Assembly: GCA_040954595.2 (NCBI GenBank)
Contig: CM082594.2
Span: 1,382,247 to 1,446,246, forward strand
Source: Balanoglossus misakiensis
Taxonomy: Eukaryota > Animalia > Hemichordata
Direction: 5' to 3'
Length of the DNA stretch: 64,000 nucleotides
Position 1 is the stretch's first letter; each line of letters opens with the position of its first letter. Both the position numbers and the translations under genes were made by a program. This document shows positions 24,701-36,200 of this stretch, in pieces. Under the pieces are notes generated by a model. The model saw only the letters and a list, made by a program, of their open reading frames with translations, was not told where the DNA came from and did not search any database.

Positions 24701-27700
24701 CGGTTGTTCTTTCGCCCACAGTGGTAGTATTTTCGCTTCTGGTTAGCGCGGTCAACGCCTCCCATGAAGACGCGGTACTTCGACAAACTCAGGGGCACAT
24801 TTCTCTCTTCCTCACCACTGCCAACTGTCTCCGTGTCAATTAGTGGATAAACGTTGTTCAGGATCAACACCTGTGCATTGCTATCCTGATAAGCTGCCAG
24901 GTTGATTCGGCAATCGACTCGGGTGGCTGCCTTCATTTCACCGACCTTCAGTGGAAGCTTCTTCTTTTTCCCGGGGGGAATAAGCATGGGCGGCATACTC
25001 CGATGGTTACGTCGGTTGAAGCTTCCAACCATATACATGCCCATCTCCATCAGTTCTCTCGCAGTTAACACAGTTGTGAAGAGGCTGTCACAGAAGAGGA
25101 TGTGGTTGTACCCGCAGAACGGCTGAACAAGTTCAATCGTTATTCTTTTCACCACTCCCCTCTCCTGTTTTTTCCCGTCATTCCTGTCAAGGTACTTCAC
25201 CCCCAGGTAGGGAGCAAAGTTTGCCACATAGGATGTGACAGAGTCCGCCAACTGCCATACCTTAAAGCCGTCTCTGTCTGGCTTGTGGGGAAGCCTCTGT
25301 TTGAATTTCGAACGTCCTTTGAACTTCACCATGCCTTCATCGATGGAGATTTCCTGTCCCATCTGATAGCTGTGTACGCAACTGTTTACAAGGGGCTCCA
25401 TCCATGGGTTTACTTTATACATTGGGTCGTCCTGACAACGGCGTGACCGTCTGTTCGGGTCAGGGTCTCGTCTTGGATCCTTCTGGGGGTCAGCCAAGTG
25501 GAAATACCGCATCAACCTGTGGTAGCGTTGACGGGTCATGACTGACGAAATGCCAACATTATGCAGGAAAATGTCGCTGGACCAATGGTCGCCCACAGCA
25601 GGCTTGCGGTCAATGCCCATGATGATGACAACGCCCAGGAAGGCTTGCATCTCTCTGTAATTGGTCGCTCGCCACTCAGAGTCGATTTTCTTTGCGATGT
25701 AATGCTGGTGATACGACGCATATTTGTTCGTTTCCTTCACCGCCAGAGATATCATGTCCGGTGATACAAATTTCAGGAAGTATTCCAACTCCCGTGCATG
25801 TGTTGCCATAGTAAACGTGGGTCCACGCTCTTTCTCGAACAGGGGTTCGGAAAATATCTCAGTGTCCTCATGCTGCGAAAGACGCCACTCGTCCCCATCC
25901 TTGGAGGCCTGCCGTATGGCCTCTTCTATTACGGCTTCATTCTCGGAGTCGGACTCCTCAGATGGAGTACCAGGAAATGACAGCTCGTAAAAGTTATCGT
26001 CCTCTGCCGCATCCTCATCAATGTCCGTCACGTTTCCCTCATCCTCCTCAAGGTCATCATCAGGCCGTCTATATCGGAACAAGCCTGTTTTGGCGTCCAA
26101 AATCTTTTCGGGCTCAAACTCAGGTGGACTGTAGCGCACCTTTTTTTTACTGCTTTCTTGGATGATCCCACCTTCCCAGTGGAAGTCGAGGCGACTGCCT
26201 GATGAGGGCTCATCTGAGCAGCAGATGGCACTTCTGGGGAGGTCTCGTGACTATCATCTGTCGTACATGGGGTCACTGGCGGGGAACTGGCTGGTTCGCC
26301 CGCCTCTGGGGTCGTCTGATCGCTCCCGCGTGGAACTTCTGTCGGGGTACTGGCTGGTTCGCCCGCCTTCGCAGTCACCTCATCACTCCTGGGTGGAGCT
26401 TCTGTCTCACCGTCCGAGTCGACAACGGGTCGATCGGACTTGCGCTTACGTTTCCCGCCAGACTTCTGCTGCTTACTGGATTGTAAGTCAGCCTCTGAAG
26501 TCACCTCGTCACTCCTGGGTGGAGCTTCTGTCGGGGTACTGGCTGGTTCGCCCGCTTCCGCAGTCACCTCATCACTCCGGGGTGGAGCTTCTGTCTCATC
26601 GGCCGAGTCGACAACGGGTCGACTGGACTTGCGCTTACGTTTCCCGCCAGGCTTCTCCGTCTCCTCAAATCTGACGCTCAAAAGGCGTTTCTTTGCCTTC
26701 TTTTTCTTGGCCTTTCCCTTCCTAACAGGGGAGTCTACATCATAGCGATCGCTGCCCGTTCCACTGGATTCCGGGTTCCGAATCTTTCGGGTTGCCTTCA
26801 AAAAACTCTTTCGGTCCGTCAAACTCATGGTCTGTAGTGGTACTGACAAAACTGTCCACGAAACACCCCTTTTATTAGCAGTCGCACATGAACCTGTGAC
26901 AGGCGTTCTCCCATCTAATTGGACGCCTAATATATAGGTACGCAAACACGTGACACAAAAATATGTCCGCAGGCAATCGGACCTATGGGGCTCCTCAAAA
27001 TTCCCGCCAGAAATGGAAATCTGGAACGGCAATTTGCGTAACAATACAGAAAGTATTGATCGACCATGACGTTAAAATTTCGCATCTGTGCGGCCTAAGC
27101 AGAACTCATGTCCCCTATGTTACGCAAATGCAAGGCACGCCTTTCGCCCGTGTCTGTACATACCCCTCGGTAACACGCAGCACCGAGGAACCGTTACGGC
27201 ACACACCCGTCCAATTCACCAGCCTGAGTTACAGGCATCCGCACACTGTGTCGTTCTCTAATGGTGAGTAACGCAAAACCCACCGGACCGAGAGCGTATT
27301 CGTCGGCTTTGTTTACGTCAAAATGCACACCCAGTTGCTTTTTACACACTCGTGCCGCTGGCTACGCAAAGCCAAGTCCCGTCAAAACCTGTCCGATCCA
27401 ATGTGTCGCGAACCGGGGTGTAAACGACGAGTTGGTCTACATCGTCGGCCGTTACGTCAAAATGCACACCCAGTCGCTTTTTACACACTTGTGCCGCTGG
27501 CTACGCAAAGCCGAGGTCCCGTCAAAACCTGTCCGATCCAATGTGTCGCGAACCGGGGTGTAAACGACGAGTCGGTCTACATCGTCGGCCGTTACGTCAA
27601 AATGCACACCCAGTCGCTTTTTACACACTCGTGCCGCTGGCTACGCAAAGCCAAGTCCCGTCAAAACCTGTCCGATCCAATGTGTCGCGAACCGGGGTGT

Positions 27701-28692
27701 AAACGACGAGTCGGTCTACATCGTCGGCCGTTACGTCAAAATGCACACCCAGTCGTTTTTACACACTTGTGCCGCTGGCTACGCAAGCCAAGTCCCGTCA
27801 AAGCCTGTCCGTACCAAGTTTTCTTTCACGAGTAATTGTAGGCTACGAGTCGGTCGCGAAAGATATGGCCTGCGACGCACGCACGCCAAGACGTCGGTCA
27901 TCGGTTCGCACCATCGGCAAAAATCGTCATGTTTTCCCGAGTCGATCCCAAAACGCACTCTCCTAAACAGGCACCCACGAGTGCGTCCGACACGTCTGGC
28001 CATCGAAAAGGTTGATACCCTATGTCGTTGTGGAATCGTCTGCTATGGAAAACTATGCATCGCTGTCAATTACGTTTTTGCGGACACATAAAAAACGGTC
28101 TCCCCAGGGTCGGAATGACCGGCGGAATTTGCCTCTAAGGATAGTGTGCTATTTGTAGTTCAAGGCAAATAACCCTGTCGAGACTTTCCTGTCCTAACAG
28201 ATTTTGCCCTCAAAACGGTAGTTCAAAGACAACCCGTTATAGCGAAGCGCACGCAAACGCCTAGAGACTCCAGCGGGTCGGTGAATCATATCGATTCATA
28301 CCGATTAGGTCATTCATCACTCGCCAACGTTCGACTTCTACCCACACCGGAAATCGGGCGGTCTGCTACGGACTCGACAGCGTTAGGGTTAATATTGGAT
28401 CATCGTTACCCTGTCACCACTGTGGAAGTCCACACAACTGGTCCCTGGATTACTCTAGACAGACTCAGTGATAACTTATTTGAACCACCCATTGGTTCTG
28501 GTGATATACAAGCCCCTCTCAATGTCAAGGTCTATTCGGTGTCTGGTAAAATTAACTACAGGGTTAGAGAGTTTCAGTTTGGTGAGATTATTGACACCTC
28601 CAAGCAATTTCGACATTGTGAGGATGATGAGCTTGAAGTTACTACACTTCCAGACTTTGGAATAGTTACAACAATCGAGAGTACGCTTGAAG
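21800..28692 (+). CDS. Expansin-like module 2, exons 21800-21942, 22239-22457, 22780-22816/28393-28692 (third exon interrupted by piggyBac)
   Basis: Homologous to module 1; the exon is split at TTAA in the TTA-TTA-ATA codons. Confidence 0.8.
23581..23586 (-). promoter_or_regulatory. Candidate polyadenylation signal of the transposase transcript
   Basis: AATAAA on the minus strand ~600 nt after the stop codon. Confidence 0.4.
23629..24135. repeat. ~180-bp tandem repeat (~2.8 units) downstream of the transposase
   Basis: CAATCCGTGTTTCAGTG...TGACTAAAGTCCGC units; same array at 32047-32553. Confidence 0.9.
24193..26139 (-). CDS. piggyBac transposase ORF2 (PGBD4-like DDD domain + C-terminal Cys-rich finger); no ATG until about residue 111
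   Basis: SIDEGM, FCDSLF, MGGVDRANQ; CKLC...CALCQVHLHQGECF..FH; acidic N-terminal segment. Confidence 0.95.
   Translation of the reverse strand: MRYSPPEFEPEKILDAKTGLFRYRRPDDDLEEDEGNVTDIDEDAAEDDNFYELSFPGTPSEESDSENEAVIEEAIRQASKDGDEWRLSQHEDTEIFSEPLFEKERGPTFTMATHARELEYFLKFVSPDMISLAVKETNKYASYHQHYIAKKIDSEWRATNYREMQAFLGVVIIMGIDRKPAVGDHWSSDIFLHNVGISSVMTRQRYHRLMRYFHLADPQKDPRRDPDPNRRSRRCQDDPMYKVNPWMEPLVNSCVHSYQMGQEISIDEGMVKFKGRSKFKQRLPHKPDRDGFKVWQLADSVTSYVANFAPYLGVKYLDRNDGKKQERGVVKRITIELVQPFCGYNHILFCDSLFTTVLTARELMEMGMYMVGSFNRRNHRSMPPMLIPPGKKKKLPLKVGEMKAATRVDCRINLAAYQDSNAQVLILNNVYPLIDTETVGSGEEERNVPLSLSKYRVFMGGVDRANQKRKYYHCGRKNNRWWVYMAWYLMDVALTNAYVCFKDLNPQTKVKHKFFNLRVGKQLIGGFTSRGQGNVREIERTVTDSSFIFPGNIPQHVESRLPGRQKTCKLCSREGKRTLSGRRSETVMGCALCQVHLHQGECFASFHHHMMLRGKKSIGTQFPEGDVRVRQPRRDKPLRRSSRNTDHS
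26028..26828 (-). CDS. piggyBac ORF1, basic/acidic repetitive protein (266 aa from ATG 26828), probable transposase N-terminus
   Basis: ACCATGA Kozak context, TATATA ~100 nt upstream, NLS-like KAKKKKAKKR and KRKRK; overlaps ORF2 in the -1 frame. Confidence 0.7.
   Translation of the reverse strand: MSLTDRKSFLKATRKIRNPESSGTGSDRYDVDSPVRKGKAKKKKAKKRLLSVRFEETEKPGGKRKRKSSRPVVDSADETEAPPRSDEVTAEAGEPASTPTEAPPRSDEVTSEADLQSSKQQKSGGKRKRKSDRPVVDSDGETEAPPRSDEVTAKAGEPASTPTEVPRGSDQTTPEAGEPASSPPVTPCTTDDSHETSPEVPSAAQMSPHQAVASTSTGKVGSSKKAVKKRCATVHLSLSPKRFWTPKQACSDIDGLMMTLRRMRET
27313..27815. repeat. ~139-bp tandem repeat (~3.6 units) upstream of ORF1
   Basis: TTACGTCAAAATGCACACCCAG at 27313, 27452, 27592 and 27731; same array at 35731-36233. 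Confidence 0.9.
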
Positions 28693-28930
28693 GTAAGATT
28701 GTGTTTCAGTTTCATAGTTTAGGTCCCGTTTGGTATATACCAGTATACATGTATACTATACCATGGGACCTTATGGGATCAGTTTAGTCTGTCTGTATGT
28801 ATGTACTGTAAAACGGGTTATTTTCGTGATGGGAAATTTGTTTGCGATATCAATGGAGGCAATTGTTATTATGCGAGGATTAATTTTTGCATTTGCTTAT
28901 TTTCTTCATGTTTCATTTCTGCCAAAACAG

Positions 28931-29877
28931 ATGAGATGCAATCTACTCAGGAGGGTCCAACAACATTGCCTGGGTACATTACAACCCGGGGGCCTGAGAC
29001 TGATTCCTTCACCAGTCGGTCTACAAGAACTGAAGTGACAAGTGGTACAACAGTTTCATCTGAAGAGATCACAACTGGTCTCCACTCGACCACCCATGTT
29101 ATAGTCACAGATCAGGATGAAGTCAGCTCAGCAATATCTGAGACTTTCACAACGTCAACTCTGTCAACAACAAGCGTCAATCCAACCATATACTTTCAAC
29201 AGTTGAAGATGAAGAAGACACAACCACAGAAACAACATCAAGAACTGATATAGGCCCAACTGCAACAGATGTAACAAGTGCTGAAAGAGCAACTACTGAT
29301 ATCAAGCCTAACCCAACAACAGTCGAGCCTGAAGTCACGCCTGATGTTACAGAATATGAAATCAGGTCAACAGAATCAAAGACAAGAATAGTAACAGATG
29401 TAGATACAAGTACATCCCTGCCTACAACTAGTGTCCAAGAACTGACCACCAAACGCACCGAATTTCAATCGAAATCTTCAGAACCACTTTCATCTAAAAT
29501 ATCAACAACAGAGTCTGCAAGTGTCAATCCAACCATACTTTCAACAGTTGAAGATGAAGAAGACACAACCACAGAGAGAACAGATATAGGCCCAACTGCA
29601 ACAGATGTAACAAAAGTGCTCAAAGAGGAACAACTGACATCAAGCCTAACCCTACAACAGCTGAGCCAGTCACACCTGATGTTACAAAGTCTTTGACAAC
29701 AGAATATGAAATCAGGTCAACAGAATCCAAAACAAGTACATCCCTGCCTACAACTAGTGTCAAAGAACTGACCACCGAACGCACTGAATTTCAATCGAAA
29801 TCTTCAGAACCACTTTCAACAACTAAAATATCAACAACAAAACCAGTGACACCTTCTCATGATGTAACAATTAACAG
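28931..29877 (+). CDS. Mucin exon duplicate (frameshifted)
   Basis: Copy of 20513-21459 at +8418. Confidence 0.75.
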
Positions 29878-30217
29878 GTAATTATACTACTTGTAAAAAC
29901 TACGCATGTAAACTCATCTTGGGCAGCTAATGGTTGCCACAAAGAAAAAGGTCTTGTACACGTTGGTTGCAATTGCCAGCAACTGTCCAAATGCACACTA
30001 TTTGGCTGAAATTCAGCAGAAGTATACAAGTCATGGAGGTGAAGAAAAATACACCTGTTTTTCAAAAATCAGTATTGTTTATGACATATAACATGAAACC
30101 ATCAATTTTTGTGCATAAATTAAGTTTTATGGTTGTGTGATTTTGATTGAACCCAAGATTACATATTGATTGAATATTAAATAATTTATCTTAATACTGG
30201 TGTTGTTGTTTTTGCAG

Positions 30218-33200
30218 TCAGTAAAGATTGTGATACCTTTGAGACTTTTGTAAACGCAACTTGTGAGAAGTACCGTGAGACACCAACTGATGGTACCTGT
30301 TCATTTGGAACATTTTACACAAGTATGGTTGCTGGTATGGCCAATTTTCAAGATTTACATGTAAGTATAGATAACGTTAGTTCTGAAAGTCCTTGTACAT
30401 GATTGGCTGTGATGTCAATACTGACCAGATAGTCTCTCATTTTGAGTCATTGTGATTTGTAACAACTTTTGTTATGAATAATTTTATTTCATCGTGTTTG
30501 TCTAAGTTTGTGTGTTGCACTGTTTTTCTTTGAAATTTCCTCAGCTTAATTTGATTAAGCACTTAAACCAAAACCTGCAGTGTTGTCTAAAGAAGGAGTT
30601 AGTTGGTTTGTTGAAATAGTATACATGCATTTTGATACCTTCATGTGTGATTGCAGGTTTGTGGGCAATGCCTGAACGTGATTGGTTCAAATGATGCATC
30701 TGTAGTTGTCCGGGTAACAGACATGTGCATGTACCCATACTGCATGATTGATGAAGATGGTCTGGTTCTAAGTGGGGATGCTTACAACATCTTGTCAGAT
30801 GGTGAAAGTCCTTCATCTCTTCTTGTATCCTACTCAGTTGTTGCCTGTCCTGAGGATGTCTCTATCAAGTTCAAGGTTTGTGAAACAACACAAGTATTAA
30901 CTAATTTAGATACCCTTGTCTTAAATTGCTACTTAAAAGTAAATATTCACTTGTAGTTGTCTCATCACTGCAAAATTGTTTGAAACCTCACAAGCCATCT
31001 TCTTAACAGTATTTTTAACTCATGATTGTCTATGGGGCCGAGCCTCAACGCATATACACAAACTTTGTGTGTGTGGACACAATGCTCTGAGTTTATCATA
31101 GGCAAATAGTGTCTCACATTTTTCTCTGTGTGAACCTGGTATGTGTCATTCATTTTGTGAGTGTATCACATATTGATTGATTGATTTGTTTATTTAGTTT
31201 GCAGAGAGCATTTCTGCATCATTCAGCTTATTAACCCTCTTGCTACCGGGGGTCAAAACCCGTTGGGCCGCCGACTCGTTACGAGACCGCCTCTACACCC
31301 GCTGGATTACCAGGCTTTTTGCCTGAAAATTGGGTTTTTGGAGGGTCATTTTAGCTGCTTTTGAACGTGCTAGACTTCAAGTTTGGCACAGTCCCGTGTC
31401 GGCGGGACCTCAAACAACAATTAACCGGGTAAAAGTTGTGGGGTCATCGGGTTCGTTCCCCTGGGAGGGGAGCGTCTGTAAACGTCGTTTCGAGGCTTAC
31501 TTTTACGAAAATAAAGTTAGTGTGTTAGTACACGCCACATCACGTCACAACAACGACACCATCAGTTATTAGTAGGGTACCCAGGGTGTACCGCCAGGGG
31601 TGTTCGGGCACCCCTTCCCCTGCCACTTTCCTGTAGGGTACGAGTTAGTTCGACACGTAATGCGAACGACTGGACACTGGCGCACAGTGTTCCGCTCTAC
31701 AGCCGCCTGACAACGACTCATTCTCGCACACAAGACACACACGGACGTTGTGATAACGACACGTTGGTTAGTTACGCACAGTAGACAGACGTTCATTACG
31801 GTGTTAATACGCTATAGTTTTTTATGGTACAGGGTTGTACCGACACGGTCACAGGTAACCCGCAAGTTCTGCAGGCCCCATTGCACCATTTCGGCCAGGG
31901 GCGAGTGTCGAACCGGACGACTATTTACACAAGACCCCCGTTACTGTGCGTCATATTAGAGGGATTAACACCACCACAGGTTGCCTCATAAATAGCACTT
32001 TATTTCCTAAAAAAGAGTGATTCGTGCACCGTTACAGTAACATCATACAATCCGTGTTTCAGTGTTTGCAAGTAACCTGTCCGTTTCTCACAGTCTGTGT
32101 TTCATTGTCCGTAAATGAGGCTCAGTCACCTCGTAGCCCTACTCAAGGGCATAATTTAGTGGGGGTCCACAGAAAAAAATGACTAAAGTCCGCGCAACGG
32201 GGCTCGTTCAAGACAAGCCCATGTCACAATCCGTGTTTCAGTGTCCGCAAGTAACCTGTCCGTTTCTCACAGTCCGTGTTTCATTGTCCGTAAATGAGGC
32301 TCGGTCACCTCGTAGCCCTACTCAAGGGCATAATTTAGTGGGGGTCCACAGAAAAAAATGACTAAAGTCCGCGCAAACGGGGCTCGTTCAAGACGAGCCC
32401 ATGTCACAATCCGTGTTTCAGTGTCCGCAAGTAACCTGTCCGTTTCTCACAGTCCGTGTTTCATTGTCCGTAAATGAGGCTCGGTCACCTCGTAGCCCTA
32501 CTCAAGGGCATAATTTAGTGGGGGTCCACAGAAAAAAATGACTAAAGTCCGCACAAATGCCAGGGCTGGTTCACCGGAAGCCCGTGTCACCCTCTCGGGA
32601 GGGGAATAATTTAGGAATGGTCCGTGTTTCTGGAACTTCGCCGGAGCGGTTTGTCCCGTCTCGGCTGCCGAACTCGCACATCTCCTTCTGGAAACTGTGT
32701 CCCGATGCTCTTCTTTCCTCGTAGCATCATATGGTGGTGGAACGAGGCGAAGCATTCTCCTTGATGCAAATGCACTTGGCAGAGCGCACATCCCATGACA
32801 GTCTCCGAACGCCGTCCAGAAAGGGTCCTCTTGCCTTCCCTACTGCATAGCTTGCAGGTTTTCTGCCGTCCAGGTAATCTACTTTCGACGTGTTGGGGTA
32901 TGTTTCCAGGGAAAATGAAAGAGCTGTCAGTAACTGTGCGCTCTATTTCCCGTACGTTGCCTTGACCACGACTGGTGAATCCGCCAATGAGTTGCTTCCC
33001 AACACGTAGGTTGAAGAACTTGTGCTTCACCTTGGTCTGGGGGTTAAGGTCTTTGAAACATACGTAAGCATTCGTCAATGCTACATCCATCAGGTACCAG
33101 GCCATGTATACCCACCAGCGGTTGTTCTTTCGCCCACAGTGGTAGTATTTTCGCTTCTGGTTAGCGCGGTCAACGCCTCCCATGAAGACGCGGTACTTCG

Positions 33201-36200
33201 ACAAACTCAGGGGCACATTTCTCTCTTCCTCACCACTGCCAACTGTCTCCGTGTCAATTAGTGGATAAACGTTGTTCAGGATCAACACCTGTGCATTGCT
33301 ATCCTGATAAGCTGCCAGGTTGATTCGGCAATCGACTCGGGTGGCTGCCTTCATTTCACCGACCTTCAGTGGAAGCTTCTTCTTTTTCCCGGGGGGAATA
33401 AGCATGGGCGGCATACTCCGATGGTTACGTCGGTTGAAGCTTCCAACCATATACATGCCCATCTCCATCAGTTCTCTCGCAGTTAACACAGTTGTGAAGA
33501 GGCTGTCACAGAAGAGGATGTGGTTGTACCCGCAGAACGGCTGAACAAGTTCAATCGTTATTCTTTTCACCACTCCCCTCTCCTGTTTTTTCCCGTCATT
33601 CCTGTCAAGGTACTTCACCCCCAGGTAGGGAGCAAAGTTTGCCACATAGGATGTGACAGAGTCCGCCAACTGCCATACCTTAAAGCCGTCTCTGTCTGGC
33701 TTGTGGGGAAGCCTCTGTTTGAATTTCGAACGTCCTTTGAACTTCACCATGCCTTCATCGATGGAGATTTCCTGTCCCATCTGATAGCTGTGTACGCAAC
33801 TGTTTACAAGGGGCTCCATCCATGGGTTTACTTTATACATTGGGTCGTCCTGACAACGGCGTGACCGTCTGTTCGGGTCAGGGTCTCGTCTTGGATCCTT
33901 CTGGGGGTCAGCCAAGTGGAAATACCGCATCAACCTGTGGTAGCGTTGACGGGTCATGACTGACGAAATGCCAACATTATGCAGGAAAATGTCGCTGGAC
34001 CAATGGTCGCCCACAGCAGGCTTGCGGTCAATGCCCATGATGATGACAACGCCCAGGAAGGCTTGCATCTCTCTGTAATTGGTCGCTCGCCACTCAGAGT
34101 CGATTTTCTTTGCGATGTAATGCTGGTGATACGACGCATATTTGTTCGTTTCCTTCACCGCCAGAGATATCATGTCCGGTGATACAAATTTCAGGAAGTA
34201 TTCCAACTCCCGTGCATGTGTTGCCATAGTAAACGTGGGTCCACGCTCTTTCTCGAACAGGGGTTCGGAAAATATCTCAGTGTCCTCATGCTGCGAAAGA
34301 CGCCACTCGTCCCCATCCTTGGAGGCCTGCCGTATGGCCTCTTCTATTACGGCTTCATTCTCGGAGTCGGACTCCTCAGATGGAGTACCAGGAAATGACA
34401 GCTCGTAAAAGTTATCGTCCTCTGCCGCATCCTCATCAATGTCCGTCACGTTTCCCTCATCCTCCTCAAGGTCATCATCAGGCCGTCTATATCGGAACAA
34501 GCCTGTTTTGGCGTCCAAAATCTTTTCGGGCTCAAACTCAGGTGGACTGTAGCGCACCTTTTTTTTACTGCTTTCTTGGATGATCCCACCTTCCCAGTGG
34601 AAGTCGAGGCGACTGCCTGATGAGGGCTCATCTGAGCAGCAGATGGCACTTCTGGGGAGGTCTCGTGACTATCATCTGTCGTACATGGGGTCACTGGCGG
34701 GGAACTGGCTGGTTCGCCCGCCTCTGGGGTCGTCTGATCGCTCCCGCGTGGAACTTCTGTCGGGGTACTGGCTGGTTCGCCCGCCTTCGCAGTCACCTCA
34801 TCACTCCTGGGTGGAGCTTCTGTCTCACCGTCCGAGTCGACAACGGGTCGATCGGACTTGCGCTTACGTTTCCCGCCAGACTTCTGCTGCTTACTGGATT
34901 GTAAGTCAGCCTCTGAAGTCACCTCGTCACTCCTGGGTGGAGCTTCTGTCGGGGTACTGGCTGGTTCGCCCGCTTCCGCAGTCACCTCATCACTCCGGGG
35001 TGGAGCTTCTGTCTCATCGGCCGAGTCGACAACGGGTCGACTGGACTTGCGCTTACGTTTCCCGCCAGGCTTCTCCGTCTCCTCAAATCTGACGCTCAAA
35101 AGGCGTTTCTTTGCCTTCTTTTTCTTGGCCTTTCCCTTCCTAACAGGGGAGTCTACATCATAGCGATCGCTGCCCGTTCCACTGGATTCCGGGTTCCGAA
35201 TCTTTCGGGTTGCCTTCAAAAAACTCTTTCGGTCCGTCAAACTCATGGTCTGTAGTGGTACTGACAAAACTGTCCACGAAACACCCCTTTTATTAGCAGT
35301 CGCACATGAACCTGTGACAGGCGTTCTCCCATCTAATTGGACGCCTAATATATAGGTACGCAAACACGTGACACAAAAATATGTCCGCAGGCAATCGGAC
35401 CTATGGGGCTCCTCAAAATTCCCGCCAGAAATGGAAATCTGGAACGGCAATTTGCGTAACAATACAGAAAGTATTGATCGACCATGACGTTAAAATTTCG
35501 CATCTGTGCGGCCTAAGCAGAACTCATGTCCCCTATGTTACGCAAATGCAAGGCACGCCTTTCGCCCGTGTCTGTACATACCCCTCGGTAACACGCAGCA
35601 CCGAGGAACCGTTACGGCACACACCCGTCCAATTCACCAGCCTGAGTTACAGGCATCCGCACACTGTGTCGTTCTCTAATGGTGAGTAACGCAAAACCCA
35701 CCGGACCGAGAGCGTATTCGTCGGCTTTGTTTACGTCAAAATGCACACCCAGTTGCTTTTTACACACTCGTGCCGCTGGCTACGCAAAGCCAAGTCCCGT
35801 CAAAACCTGTCCGATCCAATGTGTCGCGAACCGGGGTGTAAACGACGAGTTGGTCTACATCGTCGGCCGTTACGTCAAAATGCACACCCAGTCGCTTTTT
35901 ACACACTTGTGCCGCTGGCTACGCAAAGCCGAGGTCCCGTCAAAACCTGTCCGATCCAATGTGTCGCGAACCGGGGTGTAAACGACGAGTCGGTCTACAT
36001 CGTCGGCCGTTACGTCAAAATGCACACCCAGTCGCTTTTTACACACTCGTGCCGCTGGCTACGCAAAGCCAAGTCCCGTCAAAACCTGTCCGATCCAATG
36101 TGTCGCGAACCGGGGTGTAAACGACGAGTCGGTCTACATCGTCGGCCGTTACGTCAAAATGCACACCCAGTCGTTTTTACACACTTGTGCCGCTGGCTAC

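Larger units (their letters stand above)
22817..28388 (-). mobile_element. piggyBac-superfamily transposon, 5572 bp, copy 1
   Basis: TTAA TSD (22813-22816, 28389-28392), CCC...GGG ends, empty site visible in modules 1 and 4, transposase ORF, GC-rich relative to the host. Confidence 0.95.

Noticed and set aside
27313-27815. Regular 139-bp (and 180-bp at 23629-24135) repeats as a CRISPR-like array
   Set aside because: Whole units are near-identical with no unique spacers, there are no cas genes, and they lie inside a eukaryotic transposon.
24604-28091. Plus-strand ORFs within the piggyBac
   Set aside because: Antisense shadows of GC-rich coding or repeat sequence with no recognisable motifs.
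22817-28388. GC-rich block as bacterial contamination or recent horizontal transfer
   Set aside because: Bounded by a TTAA TSD and encodes a piggyBac transposase.
28281-28787. 168-aa transposon-expansin fusion ORF, or rescue of the broken exon by an acceptor in the element end
   Set aside because: The start is GTG, and the AGs near the terminus give phase 1 whereas the upstream donor is phase 0.
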